The translations under genes and the position numbers were made by a program. From Dicyema japonicum (taxonomy: Eukaryota > Animalia > Dicyemida): a stretch of DNA of 64,000 nucleotides. Positions 26,760-38,299 of this stretch are shown piece after piece. How positions within the stretch are numbered: position 1 is the stretch's first letter; each line of letters opens with the position of its first letter. The notes under the pieces were generated by a model. It worked only from the letters and a program-made list of their open reading frames with translations. It ran no database searches and was not told the origin of the DNA. Location: positions 248,001 through 312,000 of the forward strand of contig RDEW01000052.1 of NCBI GenBank assembly GCA_011109175.1. The letters run 5' to 3'.

Positions 26760-29280
26760 TCATCTAACTAAGTGATCCCAGATCGACAAAGGTAAGGACG
26801 AGTCCGGCGGGGTCGAGAATCCTGAACAGCGATTCTCATTGGACATGGCATCGGCTCAAAATTTCTGTTAAATTGTAGATAATTCAATAGTATTTGGAAT
26901 AGAGGGCAGCTCGATAGAATAGCCTCCTTTAATAGTTTCCGTTGTAGTTCGATTAAAAAATTTTCAATGGGTTGGATATTGTGATCTGGTCTAATTAACT
27001 TTATTGCAGTTTTCTCTTTTGCAAATAATTTCAATAAAGAATATCGTGACATTTACATTGCCCATGAAGGACTTGCATACGTCATCGTTGGTCGGATAAA
27101 TTGTGTGTAAATCTAGTCAAGGACATTAGTTTGATCTCTAAGTGTTTTTGAGAGCACTTTTAAAATTCTCATTTTTTTCAGAGCAGAAGTTACTTTGTTT
27201 TCAACATGCCGGATAAAGGTGAGTCCCTGATCAAAGGTTACTCCTAGAATCTTCGGTGTTTTGTTAATAGAGATAGCTTCGTTCTTCATAAAGACTTTTG
27301 GTTCGATACAGAGCTGTCTCTTGTAGATGGTAAACAGTGTGACAAAAGACTTTGCTGCTGATGTGTCGATTCTCCGCTTCGTGAGCCATAGTTCCAAGTT
27401 GTCGAGCATTGTTGAGCCAACTGAGTCGCTGATTGAATGCTTCTGTTCTTGGAAGCAATAATGATATCGTCGGCATAAGAGAGGATTAGACAGTTTTCAT
27501 TACAAGTTTGTGGTATGTCGTTTTTATAGAGATTGAAGAGTTGGGGTAATAGTGGGAAGCCTTGAGGGATTCCATTTAAGAAATAGCGAGATCTTGATTT
27601 GATGTTGTTGCAGAGTAATTGTGCTCGTCTTTTATTTAGGAAGTTTCCAAGCCAAAGTTTCAGGTTCGGATGGATGTTGGTTTCGTATATTTTCTCTGTT
27701 AGGAGTTCCTTAGGGACTGAGTCGAACGCTTTTGTGATGTCCACGGATATAGTACTGTCCTCTGATGGGGTTCGGGGGAGTTAAATCCTTAATAATAATA
27801 ATAATAATAACAGCCTAATATCACGGAGCCGTGGTATTAGCTCCGCATAGGCAGGACACACACTTTATTTAAGTAAAGAACAGTTAATTTTAACTAATCG
27901 TAGAACCAAGGAATGATCTTCACTTCTTTTTTTTCTTTTTCTTGTGTGAGTGTTCTTTCTAGACAATCCAGTTCCGCAGTGAGTATTCACTGATGACGGC
28001 GTCACTCGTCAAACGCTTTCCGCATCGTAGATGCGTGGAACCTTCCACCAGGTGAACAGCAGCGAGATTCGAACCCGTAGCCTAAGCCACTTGAGCCCGA
28101 CACCTAACCACTAAGCCACCCGGCTGGTTGTCCCGGAATCAAATTTTTTCAGGAATACTTGGTGTTTTTTTGAAAACTTCCTGTAGGATATAGATGTGTA
28201 ATATTTAATCAGAGTGTCTGGTTTTATGTAGACTTCGATTTTTCTCTCGGAGTTAAATCCTTCTGCAATGAATTGTGTGAGGGTTGTAAGGTGTGTTGTT
28301 GTCGAATGGTTGTCCCGGAATCCATGTTGTTCGGGATTGAGATTGAGTCTTGTATTTTTTCCAAAACAAGTTTTTCAAAGATCCTTGAGACCGGACTTAG
28401 AATAGATATTGGGCGATAGGAAGATGGTTCATCTATTGGTTTGTTGGGTTTTCGGATAGGTCTGATTAGAGACTTCTTCTATATTTCAGGGATTGTATTT
28501 GTGTAAATGGATAGGTTGAAGATATAGGCTAATAGCTCCAGGGCTCGATGGCCTAGGTGCTTCAGTTCACATGTGGTTATGTTGTCTGGTCCTTTGGCCT
28601 CTGAGTTGTTGGCCTTAGATATGGCTCTGCGAACATCCTGACTAGTAAATAGGATCCAGTCATCGGAGCGTTTCGGTTCATTTTTTTTCAGGAATACTTG
28701 GTGTTTTTTTGAAAACTTCCTGTAGGATATAGATGTGTAATATTTAATCAGAGTGTCTGGTTTTATGTAGACTTCGATTTTTCTCTCGGGAGGATTTTTT
28801 GATGTTTTTGATCTACTTCCACAGTCTTTGTAGAGAGCTTTTGATAGCCTCGTCCATCTATTTGCATTTTCTGTCTTTAAGTTATTGTCGATCTCTCTGT
28901 TCAATTCTCGTATTTTTTTGATGTTCTCTTCTGTTGGCGATTTTACCATCTTTAGATTATTTCGTTCTCTGATCAGATGTTTCGTCGTTGTGTTAAAACG
29001 TTTTGATAACGTTGCTTGTCTCCCCATAGCAATTTACTTTTTTTCGCATCGTTTATAATGGAGTTGAACCATTTCACTAATTGTTCGACGGAGGGAAAAG
29101 TGGGGAAATTTAATAGTCCAATACAGTTATTGACGTATTCCTTGAATCCTTTCCAATTCGCAAGGCTGTAGTTAGTTATGTTGGCCATTGTCCTTTTATC
29201 GTGACCTTGTTTTTTGACCTCCAAAAATATTGGGTTGTGATCACTCCTGGTGTCATACTTCACTGACCAGTCAATAAGTG
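26760..29280 (-). mobile_element. Second ingi-like LINE subfamily, interrupted by a SINE and locally rearranged
   Basis: SDHNPIF (APE end), EAKGPDNI, DITKAFDSV, GIPQGFPLLP, LSYADDI, PKILGVTFDQGLTF. Confidence 0.8.
27790..28124 (-). mobile_element. tRNA-derived SINE, full length (about 335 bp)
   Basis: 5' GCCGGGTGGCTTAGTGG (A box) ... GGTTCGAATC (B box), no good acceptor stem, body about 230 nt, (TTA)7 tail; truncated second copy at 4094-4315. Confidence 0.85.
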
Positions 29281-30726
29281 GGGCCAAGGATGATGATGAC
29301 AATGAGATGTCGATAGAATTAATGAACTTTTATTATCACATAGATAAAAAAAAGTTAATATGTAGGTCAGCCATCATACGAAAGACTGCTATTCTACATT
29401 ATATATTAACTCTTATAGGTATCAACGATTTCTCATGATCTTTATTTAACTTTGAGTCGGACCTCATCTGTAGGTAAATCTTATAGTTGAATTCTTTGTT
29501 ATTCCAGCCTGGAAATAATTTTATGTTTTATATATCGAAATTATTCTTTGGCCTTAAAGTGGTATGTTGATTAATCTTTATGTAATTTTTTTATATCGAT
29601 TGCAGGGACTCTACATTCTCACATTGCGAGTTTATTATTGATATCGTAAACTATAACGTTAGATCTAGTGTCTGGAGATAATGTTTTGGAAAGTTGGATT
29701 ACTATTGTACATATTTTTATCTTCCAACCATTTTTTTTTATTCAATTATTCTAATAGACAATCAAGTTGTTATTATGTACACTGAGTCTTTCTTACTAAA
29801 AAAATGCAGTAGAATAAACGTTTGTCAGTAGTTCTTTTAAAAAAATAGTAGATGATTAGTATCATAGTCGTTGTTATCAAATCAGTTTTTTAAATACCAA
29901 GTGAAACAAATGACCCCATCAACGCACTTAATGTCATATCTTAGAATAACATACCGTTCTCTTAATTGCCATAATTATATTTAGATAATATTTTATCGTG
30001 TGTATACACGACATAATGGACTCAGGAGACATTATATATGAGCTGTTTGTAACGAAAAAGCGATGATACTCTACACTGTAAGTTCGACACAAAATTCAGA
30101 GAACTTTGACATTTATACCCAGAGTAGGGAGAAAGGAATTATTAGTTTTATTACTAAATCTTAAACTTTATTAATAATTGTTAGATTTGTGCTCTAAAAT
30201 ACCTCAGCACCACGTTTCCTTTATTTAATCTCATGCGTATGATTTAATTATTGCAATAGAAAATCGTTCTGCATTTTAATCAGCTGCCATCGTTCATCTG
30301 AAAGTGAAAAAGTACACGACTGATAAATATCAAACTATCTTATAATTCCTCCCCAAGTCAAAATGCACGTTGATCGGAGAAGTAATGGGGGACAAAAAAA
30401 TTTTGATTGGATACCTTTTTCATGTAAGATTTCCAATTTGTAAAAAAGTCAGCTTGCTAGATCAAAAGACCAAATGTCTATAATAATGTTAATATTAAGA
30501 AAATTTTAAATTAAATAATTTATATTTTTTATTAACTTTTTGTATTTTTTCCAAAACAAGCTTTTCAAGGAGTTTTTTAAACCTTTTTTTATTATTATTA
30601 TTTTTTTAGAAAAAAATAACAATTATTTAACAGAAAAGCAATTGCTAGTTGAGGAAGCCGGCTGCATGGATCGAGAACGAGTTTCCTCGGAGTATGGCCA
30701 ATCCAATCTTTTGTCTCAGTCATAAC

Positions 30727-32410
30727 TAGGGCAAGTTGTTTCTAGCACTTAAAAAAATTTTAGCGCTTAAAAATCATAAAATCTAGTAATTATAATTAAA
30801 AAAGTTAGCACTTAAAATGAAAAAATCTAGCATTTAAAATAGTAAAATCTATAACTTTAAATAATAAAATCAAACATTTAAATTTTATTTATTGTAATAT
30901 AATAGAAGTTAATGCTTGATATTGTCTGGATGGAAGTTCCTATCCTTTTTTTTTAAATTTTTTTAGCATTTTAATAGCTCTTTCAACAGATGCATAGGAT
31001 GCCTGACAGCGTGAAAGAGAAAAATAATCTTGTTGGCTAATTTTTGGATCAGTCATTTCAATAATAAGTTTAAATCCTTTTTCCTCCATTCTTTTATTTA
31101 TATAATTTTTGATATTTGCCTTGTCATTATCAAAATGTAGTCCTTGCATAATAGTAATCTTCCATGATTTGATTGCAAGGAATCATTTCGTCCATTCTCA
31201 GAACATGTCTGATAAGTCGCCAGCATGAGGTAATTACTTCTCTGCTTATCGGTTTGCATTTACATAATTTGTAGAGAGTGTCTTTTTTGATAATCTGTGG
31301 CCATTTAATTCCCTCATTTTTTTCACAATTAATTTCTATGAAATGTGTCTAGTCAGTCACGGTCCGTTTTTAATGTTCCTCATGTTCCAGAGTTATATAA
31401 TAGGACTGGTTGTATGAACGCGCTATATAAGCGCATCCGAAGATTTATGGAGATAAGTTTTCTGCGAGTCCAAATACTCCACATCTTTTCAGTGCACACG
31501 ATCCCAACATCTTTCTGCGAGTAATATCCTCAGCATCACCCAAAAATGAGCCGAGCCTTTTTAATAAACTTCCATTTCTCATCGAACCGCTGAATCGAAG
31601 TTAACTCCGCTTTTCTGAATTGATCTTCAAAGACCACCTCTCCAGAACTGTTGTGGCTTTATCTATTACAGTTCTTAGTACCACCACATCCTCAGATATA
31701 AAATCGATGTCATCAGCATACATTAATTCAACAAAATGATTATTTAAGTGAACTAATTCTTTCCTAACGTCCCTCAACGCAGCTTCCAAATAGATTGCAA
31801 GGAGAATTGGCGAAAGCGAGTCCCTTTGCAGAATACCAATACCGGTCGTGAATTTTTCCGAATAGCCTTTCCCCACTTTCACTATGAGGCTCGTGTCAGC
31901 CAGCAAAAACGCACAATTATCAAACAGTCCGCATCAATTATGTCCTTGAGAACATGCAATAGTTTATCTCGGCAGAAACAGTAGAATGCTTTTGATTAGC
32001 CGACACTCAGAGTATATATTGTTTTTCTGTACTTCTGACATATTGCCGTCAGCTACCGATGACTCCATACTATATCAGCAGTTGATTTTCCTGGTCTGAA
32101 TCCGCTTTGACTTGGTGACAAGTATTGGTCAACTGTTGTAATCGACAATGTATTTCGCCAAAGTGGTCAAAAGCACGATCGGTTTGAAATTTTCGATTGG
32201 ACCTGCAGGTTTCGGAATCCGTAAACACATTATTAACTGCAAATTAAATTAGCATTTAAACAAAAATTAGCATTTAAAATTAAAAATAGCACTTATAACA
32301 TTTATAATGTATGTTTTTTAACAAAATTAAAAAATAATTATTCCAAATTCAATTGTATATTTAAAAAAGTATAAAAAATAAAATAGCATTTTAGCACTTG
32401 AATTGCCCTA
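30727..32410 (-). mobile_element. Non-autonomous hAT element with TIRs and 8-bp TSD
   Basis: TAGGGCAA...TTGCCCTA termini; perfect TSD GTCATAAC at 30719-30726 and 32411-32418; remnant CQASYASVERAIKMLKK resembles the hAT dimerisation domain. Confidence 0.9.
31350..32220 (-). mobile_element. RTE RT fragment nested in the hAT element
   Basis: GILQRDSLSPILLAIYL, MYADDIDF, LKINSEK (ORF 31601-31906); upstream PSQSGFRPGKST. Confidence 0.85.
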
Positions 32411-32431
32411 GTCATAACCCTTCTCGTTGAT

Positions 32432-33715
32432 CAGCAATTTTTTTATGCTAATCTGAAAAGGAAGTATTTTACTTAGCCAATAACAGCACGAGGCTCTTGA
32501 GAACTCCGGATAACTCCAACAATGGACTGAGCAATAACTGTGGTCAAACTCTCTTCTCTAAAGATCAGTCTCTTTGCTAGATATAGATAGAAAGCCAAAG
32601 AGAAGGAGCACAGCAGAGATTCATCGAATGTCGGTAGAGACTATAATTGGATATCATAAAACTTTGATATTCCTGAGAAAGGCTCGAATTACTTCCTCCT
32701 TGAGTAGATTGAACCATGTAACAAGAATTTCCAGACTATAATCGGATATCATAAAACTTTGATATTCCTGAGAAAGGCTCGAATTACATCCTCCTTGAGT
32801 AGATTGAACCTTGTAACAAGAATTTCCATGCATTCATACATTCTGTCCTTAGTGGAATCGTCCTGAAATTTAGAGTTCATTGTTTGATCAAAGTTTTAAG
32901 CAGAAATATTAGGTTATTCTAAAATTAAGAGATAAACACAGTACTGTGGTGGGGAGCTTCAAAACTAGCACGATGTATCTGCAGAGGTCAATTGAAGAAC
33001 ATTTTCTGATAGACTGAGAGACTTTTCAATAATTTGGGGGAAATTATCTCCGGAAATGTTTAATTTGTAAAAAATATTCAAAATCTGAAAAAGATTGTGG
33101 GAATCAAGTCTGAATTTCTCTATGAACATACTTTGTTATCATTCTTCTACAAAAAATGAAGGACATTTAACGGTTGATTTGTTGGAGTTATCTTTGGTAA
33201 TAATCTTCATCAGTAAAAAGTAGTAATCAGCAGGAAAGAACTCAAAACTAAGATATGTATATATATGCAATTACTCGTTTTCCTGAGTTAATAATAAATC
33301 CCACAACAGGTCCTTGATTTCATGTTCAAAGTCTTCTGGTAGCAATTTAACCTATTTTAGGATCAAAAATGTACATTTCGTTCCAAAAATCCTACCAAAG
33401 TGGAAATTTGGTCAGAGAACTCTCCCACTTTAAGTAAGTTAATGCTGATCTTGTAAACTGTAAAAACGAATAGAACATCAATTTCGAAGATCACTGCTTT
33501 ATTATGTATTACTTGGCGTGAATTTGAGAATAAATTTGTTGAAGGTGCTTATTTTGAATTTTTTCATTAGATTTTCAATCTAAATTATTTTTGATTTTAC
33601 TTCTTCTGGGTAAATATCTTCAATAGTCTGATCATATCCCTCTTCGTTGCAAAATTGGTTAATTTCACAGATCAATTCGAAATTCTAATTCATCTTTATC
33701 ACAAGAAATCACCAT
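32432..33715 (-). pseudogene. Unidentified helical (HEAT/ARM-like) host protein, copy 1: has the 5' exons, frameshifted, 3' truncated
   Basis: ATG at 33715 followed by a 28-nt intron (33685-33712); further GT-AG introns of about 19-27 nt restore the frame. It has three 1-nt deletions and a 95-bp duplication relative to copy 2. Confidence 0.72.
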
Positions 33716-33879
33716 AAATTGCCGCCAAAAATTAAATATTAAAATTATTATATATTTTTTTTTAATAATATTAAAATATTTTTATATTAATAAGTTAATA
33801 TCATGGTCATCTTTTCTAAATATTAATAATAAAATCAACATTATTATAATTTTTAACATTGCATATGTAGATCACCAAT

Positions 33880-34330
33880 TTGTAAGTATTAGTAAACTCC
33901 GGAGGGCACATAAAGTTATCCAAAAAGAGCTATTAAACATTTACCTCCGAGTATACTGTCTCCCAAGCTGCACGCAGCTACCTGGCGAAACTCAAAGCCC
34001 ACCGCAAGAAATGGACCACGGTTCTACTACTAAACGTCAATGGAATAAGGGACAAATGTTAGAATTGTGCTCTTTCCTGGGCGAGCTGAAAATCACGTGG
34101 CTTTGATTAAATAGACGGAATTTTTATTAAACAGTTCTATCCCGCTGTTTCCTGGATACAAGTCAATTCGGACTAACCGGAAGAAAAAGCGGGGTGGTGG
34201 CCAACTCATTTTATTCGAAAAGACCTTAAATATGTGGACATCACTTCAGTGTTAAAGAATATCTTGTGGTACGACGATGTTACTAAAATCAACGGCTTGG
34301 CGGAAATATTGACTTGGTCCGTCAATTAAG
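33880..34330 (+). mobile_element. APE 5' fragment of an ingi-like LINE
   Basis: LLLNVNGIRDK plus downstream RTNRKKKRGGG-like remnant. Confidence 0.5.
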
Positions 34331-35000
34331 CTTAAGAAGTGACCACAATTCACATGTTATTTTCTTCCATGTTGTAAATGTTATAACTAAGCCGATTTTT
34401 GTCAATCAAGTCAAAAATTCATGTTCTTTAAAATTGTTTAAAACTTATATAAATGTGACTTTTTAATTCAAAATGTTATATAAATCAAAAGTTATACAGT
34501 CAAAAAAATCAAAATTTTGGGTAATAATAATAATAACACCAGAGACCATGATTACACAAACTACTAATCACGTAATCTCAGCAAGCACTAGTAGGGACCT
34601 TATTTTGTCCCGATGCTCCCTCGACCCCACACAAGCACGTATCGGTCGAGTGACTGGACCTTCGCAGTCATGACGGCGCGTTCCATGGTTCATTCGTATC
34701 TAGGCTTCAAGTGGGAACCGTGGCTAGAACTCTCCAGAAATCCAGCGTTCCGTGATTTTGGATGCTCTTTTCCGGCTAGCCTTGATTTTCAAAACATTCG
34801 TCCAAGAGATGAGTGGGCCCATATACGACATGGATAAGAGATAAATGGTTCAATAAATTGTTTATGTACAGTGCTCAGAACAGAATGCTTTTCGATCTTC
34901 CATAAGCCTGTGAGGCATTTCAGAACATTAGTTTTCGTTTCGCATTGTCAAAAAAGGTAAAAATTTAATTTTTTTTAAGTCAATAAAGTCAAGTTTTTTT

Positions 35001-36660
35001 GGTGAGGTTGTGACGTGCCTCGTTTCTTGATTGGATCGCAATTGAGAAAAATGTCAAAAAGACAAGGGATACAAAGGAATGCATCTCGTCTAAAGGTCCT
35101 TACGCTCAATGCTAGAGGCTTATCTACGACCTGGTCGAGGAAGATTCTCAGTGACAACCTGGAGAGATACGACGTATCTATTGAGTGCCTACAAGAGACG
35201 AAAGTTACTTGTAGCCTTGATGAGAACCATGGCGAATATCGAATTATATGTCAGCCGAGCGACTCAAAATATTATGGATTGGATTTGCCATCCACTCAAA
35301 GTTGACAAGTGCAGTCCACCGTATATNNNNNNNNNNNNNNNNNNNNNNNNNNNNNNNNNNNNNNNNNNNNNNNNNNNNNNNNNNNNNNNNNNNNNNNNNN
35401 NNNNNNNNNNNNNNNNNNNNNNNNNNNNNNNNNNNNNNNNNNNNNNNNNNNNNNNNNNNNNNNNNNNNNNNNNNNNNNNNNNNNNNNNNNNNNNNNNNNN
35501 NNNNNNNNNNNNNNNNNNNNNNNNNNNNNNNNNNNNNNNNNNNNNNNNNNNNNNNNNNNNNNNNNNNNNNNNNNNNNNNNNNNNNNNNNNNNNNNNNNNN
35601 NNNNNNNNNNNNNNNNNNNNNNNNNNNNNNNNNNNNNNNNNNNNNNNNNNNNNNNNNNNNNNNNNNNNNNNNNNNNNNNNNNNNNNNNNNNNNNNNNNNN
35701 NNNNNNNNNNNNNNNNNNNNNNNNNNNNNNNNNNNNNNNNNNNNNNNNNNNNNNNNNNNNNNNNNNNNNNNNNNNNNNNNNNNNNNNNNNNNNNNNNNNN
35801 NNNNNNNNNNNNNNNNNNNNNNNNNNNNNNNNNNNNNNNNNNNNNNNNNNNNNNNNNNNNNNNNNNNNNNNNNNNNNNNNNNNNNNNNNNNNNNNNNNNN
35901 NNNNNNNNNNNNNNNNNNNNNNNNNNNNNNNNNNNNNNNNNNNNNNNNNNNNNNNNNNNNNNNNNNNNNNNNNNNNNNNNNNNNNNNNNNNNNNNNNNNN
36001 NNNNNNNNNNNNNNNNNNNNNNNNNNNNNNNNNNNNNNNNNNNNNNNNNNNNNNNNNNNNNNNNNNNNNNNNNNNNNNNNNNNNNNNNNNNNNNNNNNNN
36101 NNNNNNTTTGCGTCCCATCATAATAGTAAATTCATTAAGCAAAGTCTTGGCAAACATTGTGCTTGAACGAATCAAAGGATCTGCTACAAATACCTACCAT
36201 ATAATTAAAGTGGTTTTCGAGAAGGGAGATCCAAAGCTGATGCGGTCTGGAGTCACAGATGGAGGTGTGCAACATATCAAAGATACAGTAACACCACCAA
36301 TATTCTGGGAATTGACCTATCAAAAGCTTTTGATACGGTTAACAGGAACAAATTAATGGGGGTACTGAGCGGATTTCTTGATGAGTCGAGTCTAAGGATG
36401 ACCCGAATTCTACTTTCTAACACTGAGCTCCTTGTGAGAGTCGGAAAGACCTATTCAAAAAATTTTGAAACAAACACGGGCGCTCCACAAGGAGACTGTC
36501 TTTCACAATTTATTTGGAAACCTCTATGAGGGAACTAAAACCGTTATATTAATGAAAGACGGAAGAAGTAATCTACGCGGACGATGTAGACCTAATTTCT
36601 GCAGACAAAGAAGTCCTGGAAAACCTATTAGAAAAAGCACCTGATGTACTTGGGAAAAAA
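35001..36660 (+). mobile_element. RTE-clade LINE spanning a gap
   Basis: LTLNARGL, CLQETK; after the gap LRPIIIVNSLSK, GIDLSKAFD, GAPQGD, IYADDVDL; same family as 62245-64000. Confidence 0.9.
35327..36106. other. Assembly gap
   Basis: Run of N. Confidence 1.
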
Positions 36661-37026
36661 AAACAAAAGTATTACTTTTACTTTCTACAGTCATTAGTTG
36701 GGTACTTTCCTTTTAAATAAATGAGTCCTGAGGCATAAATGTGCAATTAGTTGTACTGAAAATATAGCTGTATTATGGTTATCTTTAAGACTACATTCGC
36801 TTTGATTGTTTTAGCGTTGTTGGCAATTTAAGACGGGCAGTTCAGTCGTTTTATTGGGACAATAAATAATTTGCTTCATTTTAGTCGATTTGTCGTTAGA
36901 ATACATTGTAGAATCATAATACAGTTCGACCTCATTTTGGGAATCAAAAACTGATGGGAAAACCTCGATATTTGTGATTTATCATATTAAGCATCGTTTG
37001 CAAAGAAGTCATTACAATGCATTTAA

Positions 37027-37786
37027 CAGGGCTGTGGAGTTGGAGTCGAGGGGCTTTTGTATAGTCGGAGTCGAAGAAATAATATTTGAGGAGTTGGAGT
37101 AGGAGTCAGTAATAAAAAAAATTGATTTTGTTTATTAGTATAAGACAAAATTCAAATATTAATTGTCGATAAGGACACGTCAAATTTTGACTAATTTAAA
37201 TAATTAATTTAATACTATTAAAAAAAAATTTAATACTAGATATAATAATTTTAAATTAATTTTTCTTCCATATTATTTGTATCCCAAATTGATATGTCTT
37301 TACATCGTAATTATATATTTCAATCTCAAGAGGCATTTATTTAGATTCCATCCAAATATTCTAAATATTAATGATAAAAACATTCAATGGTATTTGTTTT
37401 CCTTTGATGTGCCCCTTAGAAAATACTACATCTCTAAGTCAGTCAGTGTTAAATAAGTTTTTTCAATCTGATAAAATTAGTATATTCATGGATGCTGAAA
37501 AATTTTAAATGCTTCTCATTGAACTTGTTGTTTTGAAAGGGGATCTCTTGCTCTACTTCCTACACAAGTCATCGTAGGAAGGCTGTTTTCTGTGCATAAA
37601 TTATCAAATCAGACCTTCGAGCTTCTATGAAGGAAGACCTGATCAAAGCTATATTATTTCTAAAAAATAATAGTTAAATTTTCTTTTCTAAATGTTTTTT
37701 TACAACGTAAGAATCATTTTAATTATTAACAGGAGTCAGAACAGAGTCGAGGAGTCGTGATATATTTTACCAACTCCACAGCCCTG
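37027..37786. mobile_element. hAT-type MITE (760 bp)
   Basis: TIR CAGGGCTGTGGAGT / ACTCCACAGCCCTG; subterminal GGAGTC repeats; near-TSD GCATTTAA / CATTTTAA; partial inverted copy ends at 54718. Confidence 0.85.
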
Positions 37787-38299
37787 CATTTTAATGAAAT
37801 CAAAAAAGAAACTCCTGAAAATATTCTTAAATAATATATTTTAAAGTAAAAAATATATAAATTGACTAATAATTTATGTCTCAATTTTATAACTTTTTTC
37901 ATTTTGTTTATGTGAATGCAGAAAGGAAGTCTTTTATCTCCAAGACACCAAATGTGACCATGAATTTAAGGGTGTTACATTAACAAATGTAATATTGTCA
38001 AAGGGAAGTATTACTGCTTATCCAACGTTTATTATTAAATGCATTTGAGAAATAATAATCATTATATTTATCTTGTGCTGTCCCTTCAAGTTCTGACTAA
38101 CCATGCACCTTCCTACGAAATGTCTCGAGATCTTCATGGTGAGCACTTACATTTTTGTTTTAGATAGGTAATCGTTGCTAGGGTTGTTCTTGGCTTTCTT
38201 GATATTTTCTAGTAATTGCTGATTAAAAGTAATTCTCCATCGCATAATTGGCGGGAGTTGAAGTGTTATTGTAAAATATGGAAATTATGATAGCCAGAT

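Larger units (their letters stand above)
30590..32431 (-). mobile_element. Short CRE-clade 3' fragment split by the hAT insertion (30590-30726 plus 32411-32431)
   Basis: Removing the hAT and one TSD copy gives QREG(L)*LRQKIGLAILRGNSFSIHAAGFLN*, near-identical to about 58100-58230. Confidence 0.8.

Noticed and set aside
26768-27060. Host ORF sharing AATGTAAATGTCAC with the S6K start region
   Set aside because: The translation (PIENFLIELQRKLLKEAILSSCPLF) resembles a LINE ORF2 C-terminus directly after the RT. The 14-bp match is probably chance in AT-rich DNA.
28050-28124. tRNA gene
   Set aside because: Acceptor and anticodon stems pair poorly, and it continues into a repeated body with a (TTA)n tail, so it is a SINE head.
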